Assembly (NCBI GenBank): GCA_050230475.1
Contig: JBFLGF010000077.1
Location: forward strand, 62,001 to 93,783
Source of the DNA: Ancylonema sp.
Taxonomy: Eukaryota
Reading direction: 5' to 3'
Length of the DNA: 31,783 nt
Below the pieces are notes generated by a model. That model made no database searches. It was not told where the DNA came from and was given only the letters and a program-made list of their open reading frames with translations. Positions within the stretch are counted from its first letter, which is position 1. Each line of letters opens with the position of its first letter. Made by a program: the position numbers and the translations under genes. Shown here one piece after another: positions 21,204-31,783 of this stretch.

Positions 21204-23136
21204 AGCTGTTCTCTGGACTTTGTAACCTGTCTGACCACGTAAAATATATTTACCTACTTCGCATTAGAGAAACCTATGACATTTCCTCTGGAACAGACAG
21301 TTATGATTCGGTTTGTATTCTGCCAATTCGCTGATGTCGACAACGAAATAAAGACCCACGATGCAGCTAGCATAAGAATTTCCACAACGATCTCTAAGAA
21401 AACTCACGCAATAGGATTCTGAATCAGTCCTCGCGCGACTGTCAGCGAATGTGTATAAGTCTTTCTGCAAAGAGCAGGTGTGACAAAAACAACCATCGCT
21501 CTGGACTACCTGATTCTGGCGGTATCCACACACTGACGTGATGAATCACGACACTACACTTTATGGAAAAGCTGGTGTCGTCACTCGCTTGATTTTGCAC
21601 TCAAGTGAACACAGGAGTCACAGTTTTTGATGTGTAAAACTGATCTGGAACATTTTGGCGATTTGGTGGACGAGTCGGTGAGGTGGAAGGTGATTATGGA
21701 GTCGGTCGCACTGACTGTCGGCCAGGAGATGCCGAATGTTGACTTTACACGCTTGGTGGCGTGGCCAAGTTCTCTCGAGACGCAACGTGTGCGGTGGAAT
21801 CCTTCACTCGATGGACCGGAATGGACGGTGAGATTTCCCGGTATCGGGTAGGGGTTCGCCCCTAGTTCTTCCGCCCGGAAAGATCAGAGCCCGGCACTCG
21901 GAGAAAGAGCTCGGAGGATCTGGCGGAACTTAGAGCAACAAAACCATTCGCATAAGGCGTGCGGTGGAATCCTCCCCCTACGTGTTCCCATCTGCCATCC
22001 GTTCCCCACCCGCAACCATCTGCTCCACCCGTTCCCACCCGCCTTCCGGGGTTAGCTTAGTGGCTGTCTGAAACCAGCCGGGAGGGTGGCCGGATGGGCG
22101 AGGGGGGAAACAACATGGGCAACATGGGGGAAATGGGCGGCTCATAAATAGATTCCAAACGTGGATAAAGGAAACAAAACCGTACGCATATACGATTTTG
22201 TCGCATTGATTTTCATTACTTGCTTGAAGTGTTGAGGAGGAAGTGCACATTGTGGTGATGTGGCATCAATGACGGAAATACATGATGCCTAATTCGGATC
22301 GGATAAGCACAATTGACTTTGTTGTGTTGTAGTAAGGATTGCACATACGCATTTTATGAAGCGTAGCCACTTCTCTCGTATATTTTCTAGTACGGCAAGG
22401 CTTACATGGGTGCTAAGATAGTGATAGTCTATCACTGATAGTGATGAGATGATGATGTGTGCGATGGTGATGTGGTACGAAAATTGTTGACGTGCTCATT
22501 AGTTACATATTTCGGCTCCCATCGTGCATGGTCATTAACCACATCTTCCATACCCAAAAAAAAAAAAAAAAAAACAGTAAAATATATGAACTCAAAATCT
22601 ACAAAAGAATCTGATTTGAACCCGATAAACAAATTGGGAAGAAGAATGTGTGCGTGTACACAATTAATTTGGCGCGAGCCAACTAATGTTGACGTACACA
22701 TGATTCCCCATAAAGCTTTGTGTTTCAACTTCACTCCATTCCAATTGAACGATAAATGATGTCCTGACATACTAAGGACACCGTGCGTTAAACAATGAGG
22801 CGCAATGAAAGTGGATTTTTTTCTAGATTTGTCTACGACATAACTTGACCACGACACACGTACTCACGTGGTGTGGACACCATGTGCTCATCGAATACAC
22901 TAAAAGACAATATCCTACTACTAATTACCAGTCCTCTTTATGTGCCCTACTGCTAGATTTACACAACAAAAAATCACTTCTTGATTGTTGTGAAGCAACA
23001 TCGACTATATCTTGCCATCTCTCTTGATGTGCTCTGGTGCTAGAGTCGTAAAATACACAAGTAGTTTCAATTGCTACAAAAGAAAACACAAGTAACAAAG
23101 ACTTGTCACATTGCAGAGTTTGGAGACTCCTCCTGC

Positions 23137-26100
23137 CTAACTACCAACCTGGCCATTTTTCTCGGAATGGAATCCCGATAGCCATAGAACCCACCTCCCA
23201 ACCTCCCCAACCGTCATTGCGACCGCCGCAAAAAACCACCACACCAACCGAAAACGGGAGCTTCGATTGCCACCGAGGAATTGCCCTTCTTGACAGGCTC
23301 TCTCGCTCTTGCCCCTCCCTAGATTTTGACTACCCCTCATTCCGCTACCGCCACCATTTCTGACACGTTCTTCAACTCCAGACTCCTCTACTCCTGGTCT
23401 TCCTAACTCACATCCCCCACCCAAGCCTGCTGGCGCAGACTGGAAACGTCGGAAACGTGAGTCTTCTTCCAGACCTTTCATTAACCGACTTTCTGTTTCT
23501 GATACCCCCTCCCTTTCTCCCACTCTTCCTTTGCAGTAGTCTTCCGCAGCACTGCCCGCGGACGCGTCACTCGTATCTCTCTTTTCGAAAACCTGGTCTT
23601 TAGTTGGGCCGTTGGCAGTCCGGAGTCGCTGTTGTACAGCTTGAAGAAGCAGCATGCGGTCTGGAAAAAGAAGCAAAGGGCCACGGTAGACGTGAGCGTA
23701 CAGCTTGATGTCGGACCAAAGAAGGGCAACGCAGCCCGGAGCAGCATATCAACAGAATGGGTGATATAATGAAAGCAATGGGAATGGTATGTGCTTCGTA
23801 AAACGGGAAAAAAAAGAGCTCTAAACCACAGGCCAGCCAATGGGGCCCCCACGGCATAGACAAGACGTCCTTTACCTTTTGGGCCAGAATTGTAAGTCAG
23901 AAACCCAGAGGACTTCTATACTCACTATTCCTGTCCCATACATCATCATTCTTGGCAGCAATGAAAAAGAACCGAGGAGGAAAACAAACTTGATAGAAGA
24001 AGCGCATAAGTTCTCACCAGCTGCTCGTGGGACAACTCCCCCCTGCCGTGGCATGTCGCCTTCTTTCCCTCTCTCCGCCGACAGAAACGGAACCATATCA
24101 GTTGAAGCCTGCACAAATAAACGCACTTTGAGAATGACCTCTGCCTCTTGACCCTTGCGCACCGTGGCCCCCCAGAACAAAGAGTGGAACCAACGACTCT
24201 GGCACTCCCAATTCCGAGTCCCAAACGTAATTAAACAAGCAACCGAACTGTAGAACCCACCTCAGTTTCCTCGACCTCCCCCTTCCCTGCCCCCGGCCGA
24301 GAGTTGATGTCCCCTTCCGACATCTGTTTCTGAACCAACCCAGGCCTGACAGCCATCCTCACTCTCCTCGCCACCCCCCCACTCCCCATCAGAGGCCCCG
24401 CCCCCCAACCCACAGGCCGAGCTCGGATCTGGATTCTGGAGGGTGAGAGCGTAGTGGTTGAGCTATCACAGCCCTGAGGGGCGATTGGGTCGATACGTGA
24501 AGTATGATTGTAAGGAGGGTTTGTTGCCTGTGCCATGGCAAGATGAGTATTTCCGTACTGCTCTGCAGTTGGTAGGGAGGGGTTCTGGTCGAGAAACATG
24601 AGGCAATCATTCCAGCTCAAATCCCCACCCCCCGGCGTGTTCGGGCCTGGGAATCCGTCTGTGTGTTCCCACAGGAGAGTGGTATCGCTCTCCTGGTTTC
24701 TGGCTTCGTACCAGGTATCGAAATCGTCTGCGAGTCCCATGAGACTGCCGTCTGTTTTGGAGGGGGTTGTGAGTGGGGAAGGAGACTGGTGAGGGAGGCC
24801 GAGGTCGTTCCAGTCCATTTGGGCATCTTCCATCTTCAGATCCTCGGGCATCTGCCACTCTAGGAAATCCTCGCCCTGGCAGACAGACGACGGGAAGGAG
24901 AACAGAATGAGTACATCGGTTGCTTTGGAAGTCGTGCTATTCCTGAAGTCCACACTTACTACTGGTTCTGCTGTACTACATTCACACAGTGCGAAATAAC
25001 ATTCCAGAATTCTAGGATACTTTGCACTTATACCGTTACTGCCAAACGATGTTGTATCAGTGCTAGATGATAATATGGAACAAGAGATGAAGGAAGCACC
25101 ATTGCGGCAAGAGAAATTGAGACACCGTACCATCAGAACGTAGTACAGCATCCGTTCACCACATGCAACATGCTTGTCCGTTGACTAGAATCTACCACCT
25201 ATCCCACTTCAGAAGTATCAAGAAGCCGTGTCTTGTACCTTGTCGTTCATTTCCCATCCTCCCTGCATCCCCACAGTGGCTCCCATGCCGGGGTCGTACA
25301 TACACTCCAACTGCTCCCCCCCCTCCTGCCCAACCCCATCACAAAACCGGGTGGCTACTGCATCTTCTGCCCTTCCCATCCACTGCACAGGTTCAGGACT
25401 AGCTCGAGCATCCCCGTCCCCTGATTGGTGCCCTACAGATTGCCCAGGCGTTCCCACAGAGCTCCGAGGGGGGATGCTGGTCCCGTGCCCACTGTCGTTG
25501 GGAGAATCTGTGTCGGCTTCTTCTGGAGCCTCCTCCTCGTCGGCCTGGAGAGGGTCTGACGCAAGTCCCTGGCTCTTGGGATCCCCTCTCTTGTTGAATA
25601 CGCGATTGATGACGTACTCCTGCATGAGTGGCGATGTAGGAAGGAGTTGAAATGGTGGGATGAATAATTGGTGAGCAAACGGAAATGTGGTTCTGTACTG
25701 CCTGTAGAGTGAACTCCCTCTGTACACATTAAGCGGCAAGTGGATCATTCCATACATCCTCAATGCACTCCTTTTTTCGAAGGCAGAGCAACACCTTCCA
25801 TCCTGTCAAGTGGTCGGCCTACCTTGTTCCCATCGGGACCGGGATCAAGCAGATACTCATTCAGTATCCAGTCTGTACGTCCACCATGGGGAGCCCGCCC
25901 CTTGTAGAAAACCAGCGTCTTCTTCATCCCTATCTTCTTCTTCAACGTCGAGTTTGCTTCTTCCATGGTCACCTCCCGGTCCCTTCCTGTCGCCTTCCAG
26001 TACCCCTGGTATGTCGCACGCTTCTTCCGTGGCCCGTTCCCATACTGGTTGGAGGATACGGTGAAGAAAAAGAAATCGGCCTCCTTGGCTACTTTGCCAG

Positions 26101-26634
26101 TCTCTGGATTCTTGCGCGGCTTCAAAGGTGACTTGCCTGCAGCAGGGCCAGTAAAAAGGATCATTTATGAGTATTTCGGAACCGGGGATAAACTTCGGGA
26201 ACTGGAATAGTATATGCTGAACAGATAGCAAATCAGAAGTTCCATTAAAGAAACGGGGTAACTTTTCTTGATTGAGCTCCAAATACGGGAGATTTTCAGG
26301 TCCCTGCTCCACAACGACACTTGCTTGCATAAAGTCAGTCTTACATTCAAATGCAGACTCTCATAGCAGTATGCCACATGCGCCTCGAGACTCCGAAATC
26401 TTCTCACGATACTTTGAGCTCCGATAACTTGCAATCCATGAAAGATTAATCTCTCACTAGAGAGACGTGGCGTGACTTACTGTGTAGCTCCCAAGGCTCA
26501 TGCTCGTAAATGTCGAGGTCACCAACCACGTTCGGAAAGTGTTGCTCTGCATATCGACGGCGGAGATAGTAGCAAACGAGCTCCTCCTCAGTCGGGTAAA
26601 AACGAAAACCTACGGGAAGCGCATCATCTTGCAT
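23137..26634 (-). CDS. NAC-domain transcription factor, ~722 aa, probably membrane-tethered (NTL-like); exons 26634-26481, 26136-25823, 25619-25239, 24875-24261, 24198-24018, 23660-23137
   Basis: NAC subdomains A-E: LPVGFRFYPTEEELVCYYL, DIYEHEPWEL, RAT..GYWKATGRDR, IGMKKTLVFYKGRAPHG.RTDW...EY.L and YVINRVFNK, with typical NAC intron positions. These are followed by an acidic/SP-rich region and a C-terminal hydrophobic segment LVWWFFAAVAMTV..WVLWL. The last two exons rest on splice signals and phase only. Confidence 0.9.
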
Positions 26635-27252
26635 GGTTTCTCAAACCACCCAGGCTCGTGGTTTCCTGACGCCTGACCCTGTCGAAAAAGCGAAGACAAT
26701 GATGGCCTGCAAATCAAAATGTAGGTACGTCAAATTCAAGTCAAGGGAGTATTGGCTGTCCGAAACAACGAGCAGCCGGGACAAGAGGCAGAACTTCTCA
26801 TTCTGGACATCAACGGTGCTCCACGTTATTTATTATAAAAATGTCATCCGAGGATGGAGCATAATTTAAACATTTGCAGGAGCGCCAGTGAAGGAATTCG
26901 TACAGAAGAATATTGTCCTCAGTTGAAAGCATGAAGGACGGCACAGCCGAGCAGATATCAAAGGGTCGACAAATTACAAAGACCCACGTAGGATGTTATA
27001 ACGAAGGAGCGCAGGAGGCACGGAGCTGCCATGAAAAACTAGAAAGCTAAATTTATATCTGCCACAGGACATATAATTATACAGGGATATGCAGAGCACA
27101 AGTCAACGGTCTGACAACATGCAGTGCAAAGTGCTCTACATTTTCCCTGAGGAGTTCTACGACATTCATGAGTTTCTATTCGTCAAACAAGGAGCCTCCT
27201 TGTGTCTGTCTTTCCATCGTCGTAGCAGCCAGGAGTGCTCACCAGCGGAAAT

Positions 27253-27910
27253 GACACGTGGCAAGCCAGTCAAGCCTCCCTTTAGCGCATGCAGCGATGC
27301 TATGCCGGTAATCAGTGATGTCGACCGCGTTGCCTGGAGACTTTCGACACCTTGTTCAGCACTCAACTCCGAAGTCATAAAAGCGCCAGGGGGCATAAAA
27401 CTCGTTGTGCCTTTCAGTCAGAAATGGCCGTACGATTTGAAACCTGGCAGGTTCCCAGCACTTTCGTTTCCCAGAATCGGTACTAGGGCCAACCTTCGGA
27501 ACAGATACTACTGGAAATTGACATCCCAGGCTGAGCTTGAAATCAACCTCGATGATTGGTTCCGGGTTTGATTGATTCTGAAGGAAAAACTACGGAAACG
27601 GTAGACAAACTACTACTTCACCACTTGTTTAGGGGTCGGGGCACGAGCCTAGTTTGTTATGGTATCGTCAACGCGTTTCGATTGCTTTGCAGCGGACTTT
27701 AGCAAATGCTATCCATGCTAGGACATTGTGTTTAGACCATGGTCTTTCTTGCCCACTCCCCGCCAGCGCGCAGTGATTACGGCAGACTTCAGTGTGGTAG
27801 CGTGGTTCCCCTAGAATATGTGGAACTTTGGTTTTGTCTAAATCATAGTTGCACCCATACAGGAAAAAAAAAAAAAAACATACGCCGTACATTTTCCAGC
27901 CATACGTGGC
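27253..27910. promoter_or_regulatory. ABRE/G-box motifs upstream of the NAC gene
   Basis: GACACGTGGC at 27253-27262 and TACGTGGC at 27903-27910 match the ACGTGG/TC ABRE consensus, 0.6-1.3 kb upstream of the NAC ATG. These are short motifs and function is unproven. Confidence 0.35.
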
Positions 27911-29017
27911 GCATCCATTCGGCTACGTACGTTCGGGCAAAATTTTCATATCGAAAATTAACATTTGAAACTTTGATAATACTTGTTGTCTTGTTTCATT
28001 GTAATGCCAAGTTTCCACCTCGCGGTTATTTGCACTTGCACGAAGAATTGCATCATTGGTGTCGAGTGCAGGAGCTTGCGAGAGGGTGTGGGGTAGTTAT
28101 GATTACATCATAACAAGAAAAAGGAATAGATTAGCAATTGCTAGAACAAATGATTTGGTGTTTATACTTACCAATGCCAAACTAGGCACATAATTTGGCA
28201 AGAGGGAGAAATTTGCAGATTGGGTGGAGGAGATAGAAGGTGATAATGCGGATGAGCTAAGCGTGATATGCGGGAGAGAGGAAAATAAGGGGACTTCGTG
28301 TTTATTGTCGAGAAAAAGTGATTTATTACTTTGTCAAAGAAAGCATGAGAGAGTCGGATAGAACAAATGGAATGAAGAAGATGGAATTCGAATGAAAAGA
28401 AGCCGCAGTTTGAAATACAAAAAAATGTCATTGATGCTCAAAATCTTGAAGATTAAATCTTGAAAATTCGCTTATAATCACTTTCAAATAATGGATGGAT
28501 GTAAATGACAATAAAAACGTCAAAAATGTGACGCAACAGAATTTTCGGTCCGGAAAATGTGTACCGAAAATGTTCAGCACAAGAATTATAACTTAAAAAA
28601 ACCAAAAATAAAAAAACACAAAACAGAAGTAGCCGTGTAGAAAATTACATACGGCTATGTGTTTTAGGTTTCCGGTTTTCTTCGTTGTACTGAGATGGGA
28701 TTCCCATCGTGCTTCCTTCATAATTCTTTCTCACTTGTTTACGCATAACACACATTGACAAAGTCCGATCGAAATTGTTTTCGGTATCGTGAATGATGAG
28801 TTCATTTGCGGAAAACCTTAGCGCCACTACGCTTAGTAAGACTAAAGTTTCCATTTCTGGTATTTAGGATTGTGAATCATAAAAAAGTTGGGGTATACGC
28901 GTTGAGTGAATCGCACCATCCTATGCGGATATTTTACACTCGAAATCCCAATGACGTCAACGTTACAAGCCGTATTGTATTCCTTTCAAGGACACGATGT
29001 GCATTTCTTCGCAAGTC

Positions 29018-30145
29018 TAGGGTTGTTACCTCCGTATTTTACACCTAGGTGTAGTACCATCCGGGCCCAACCGGGTGGCCTTTTCCTAACCGCAACCCAA
29101 CCGCCACCCAATTGGGAAGGTGCTACCAAAGTGGGATGCGGTAGGGTGATCGGTAAAATGGCGAAAAATATCGAAAATTTCAAAACTTCAAGTTCAAAAG
29201 TTGGGTCCAAAATTTTATCTTATAACGAAAATTTTAAAGAACCACGCCAAACCAAAATCGAACCATCGAAATTAGATGTCGTCACCAATAATATATGTAT
29301 GGGAAGGCTTCTAGCCACTGGATACGTTCTTCCCTTCTCTGTTCTTAGGCCCTTGCACTACAAACATATATGATGTTCGCACTCTACTTCTTATCTTGAT
29401 GTCTGCTTCTCCTCTCCTACTCTCCTCTACACACTCTTGTGACGTCTTCTTCCAATATATCCTCTCCCCCACTCCACTACTACCATGAATATGGACGGAT
29501 TCGGCGACTCAGAGTTCGCTTCCGTCCAGTTTGGTGATTCGAAGACAATAGGAATAAAATTTGCATTTGATGTTGTGGACTAGGCTTTCACCTAGTTAAA
29601 TGGTAGAGCAAACAACATATATGACAATGTGAAACATATTGCTATAATTTCCCCTTGTATTCCTTGCATAAACGCCCAAGAAAAATGTAGAGAAGTTTGG
29701 AAAATGAAATAAAAATGGAAATTTACGAGTGTGGTACAGAAAAGTATCCGAAAGGACCCTTTCACATATGATATTAAGAGATTGAAAGAATAAACTTTTA
29801 AAAGAAGTATGTGAGCCAATCTATAATTTAAGTACTTATTACAGAGAGAAAGAGGATCCACAGAAGGAGAGGGATTTTTTTAAAATTTGTATTTTATTCT
29901 CATATTCCCAACCGCACTTAACCGCAACCCAACCATACCCAACCGCAACCCAACCGCCCCCTTCGTAAACCAGCCGCCTCAACCGCATTCCAACCGAGTG
30001 AGGGGTCACCAACCGGGTGGAGTTGGCCCGGTCGGCCAAAAACCACACGGGTGGGTCAAACGTTACCTACATGAGCGCGGTCGGGGTTGGACACCGCGCG
30101 GTTGCCAGGCTGGACGCCCGGTCGGTCCCCGAGGTAACAACCTCA
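29018..30145. mobile_element. Degenerate non-autonomous hAT-like element, ~1.13 kb
   Basis: Left end TAGGGTTGTTACCTC (29018-29032) versus right end GAGGTAACAACCTCA (30131-30145) gives a 13/15 inverted match. Dense subterminal (C)AACCGC/CCCAACC repeats lie at 29067-29111 and 29907-30015. GCAAGTC occurs on both flanks (29011-29017; 30152-30158) but is displaced by 6 bp on the right. Confidence 0.6.
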
Positions 30146-31570
30146 CGGTTGGCAAGTCTAAAAACCCTCTTCGTAATTAGGAGTATTAGGTCCTAATTAA
30201 AAAAGCTTAAAAGGGGTACGCCGAAAAAGCACCACTAAAAACCCCAACTTATACAATACAAACCCCCAACCATCAATTTAGGGCCTAACTTTCTTTGCCA
30301 TGGTTTTTTTTGTGTTTTTTTTAAACTTCATGCCTGTGACCAAAACGAAAGTACAACTTACCTACCGCCATTGCAAACAATCTACGTTGAGCACCAGACA
30401 CTTTGTCAAGTGTTTCTGGAGCTCAATTAGGTAATGTTCGCCATTAAATGCGACACAAAAATGTCTTAACGACGGTGACCTCTTAGTGGGGCGTGCGGAA
30501 TTGAGTTGGTCGAGGAACTCGGAACTCATGCTCTTAGGAAGAATTACCATCCTGCTTGTTCTCCGCCCCGCTCCTTAGAAGTCTCGAACGGGTGGGAGGG
30601 CTCTAGGCCCTTTGTCGGAGGACCTCTCAAGGGGCGGCATGAATGACAAGTCCCACTTTGAGACTTTATGCAAGGCCTCCGTTGCGGCACGTTGCTTTGC
30701 AAGTCCCACTTTGTAGGGAGATGATAATGCAACGAGATAAATATTGTTTGAATAGTTTTATAAATGTCATCAATTTTCTTGCACGGTGGTTTACTTAGGC
30801 ACAATACGTTCCCCTTCAAGTTAAGGTGACAAAATGCCCTTATTTTATTATTTGTCCACGTGTGTGGTTTAAGATGAAAATATAAATGTATAAAGAAAAT
30901 GAGGCACTCGATTTCATTAGTGAGTGCACACGAAATCAGCGATGCTTTCAATCGTTCTCGACTTCTTTTTCACTTCGATGCTTTGTCTTTTCAATTAAGT
31001 TGGACACTACTCACTGAATTCTCGTTCAACATTTTCCAATTGTAGCATTCACTTAAAGAGATGTAGAAACATTACGAAGCTTTTTGTAATCAAAATGATA
31101 TAGGAGATCATGCATGCATTATATCGTGAATGTGGTTGTACATTGGCTTCTACACAGGTGGTGAGTCCCGTTTTGTCTAATCATTTAAAAAATGTGCATA
31201 AAACACACATTTATCCATCGGAATGGCAAGTTTTTACGGGCACCATTGTGTTCGAAGGTACCAAAAGGTGAAGAGAACATGTCTACCTTAGCAATTTAGC
31301 AATTTAGGGGTAACCACTAATTGTGGTTTTTGAGATAATAAACCTCCAGAGAGCAATTGAGGGCCTAAATTGCCATCCGTGAACAACCCTACACGCGTCA
31401 CAAAGACAACGAGTTAACGTTTCTCGACTTGTCGGTTCCCTCAACAATCCGGTTTATTTTTGCAGTCAATGTCGGTCCCAATTCAGATATAGTGCTCCCT
31501 CGATACAAAAATAGTAATAAAAATTTGTCTGGATATGGAGGTGTCCTTGTACATTGTATAAGAACATTCA

Positions 31571-31783
31571 CTATTGGATTTCAAAATGTGTGTCCTTGTA
31601 TCGAGGTACTTTGTGAACGAGGCACCATGAATAAGCATATATGTTGTGTGCATGTTGCCCAGAGTAAGTTGCCTTCGCATCATCATCAAATTTAGCGTGG
31701 GTGTTGTGATGCAAGCTATATAAGTGCGGATTGAGACCAATAAATTTCGAGGAGGAACATGATTAAACAACTTTACGTTGATT
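31571..31783 (-). mobile_element. Probable remnant of a PIF/Harbinger ORF1 (Myb/SANT, NAM-associated-like) protein
   Basis: Frame from the window end reads NQRKVV*SCSSSKFIGLNPHLYSLHHNTHAKFDDDAKATYSGQHAHNIYAYSWCLVHKVPRYK. This resembles the recalled Harbinger-ORF1 pattern 'SKF.G.......D...A...Y......F....cW..l...PKW' and has an internal stop. Confidence 0.4.

Noticed and set aside
22426..22444. tetO-like sequence (TCTATCACTGATAG core)
   Set aside because: Single partial match embedded in a GATAGT/GAT-rich low-complexity palindrome, with no vector sequence nearby; likely chance.
27089..27571. ORFs 27089-27571 (+) and 27166-27396 (-) as a separate gene or an N-terminal extension of NAC
   Set aside because: No recognisable domain, and an in-frame TGA lies just upstream of the NAC ATG. 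More likely promoter or 5' leader sequence (a uORF role is not excluded).

Overview
Eukaryotic (streptophyte: charophyte alga or early-diverging land plant) nuclear DNA, judged by GT-AG spliceosomal introns, a NAC factor and an RLK/Pelle kinase. A compact, GC-richer gene island (~6.0-27.6 kb) is flanked by AT-rich transposon debris. Genes reconstructed by hand-splicing: GID4/Vid24 Pro/N-degron receptor (-, 7 coding exons, 199 aa, not visible in the ORF track); a disrupted type II membrane-protein gene (-); FAM91A1 (+, with an in-frame TAG and a poly-G frameshift); a PERK/extensin-like proline-rich receptor kinase (-); and a ~722-aa NAC factor with an NTL-like C-terminus (-). Mobile DNA: a truncated Ty3/gypsy RT, an intact-ended 955-bp non-autonomous hAT element (16-bp TIR, 8-bp TSD), a second degenerate hAT-like element and a probable PIF/Harbinger ORF1 remnant. 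No tRNA, rRNA or CRISPR array was seen. No clearly new system is demonstrated. The best leads are the GID4 5' architecture (overlapping uORF, alternative N-termini, Met-Pro-Gly self-degron), the FAM91A1 stop that also creates an in-frame rescue intron, and a membrane-tethered NAC in this lineage. All homology calls are from recalled family motifs, not database searches.
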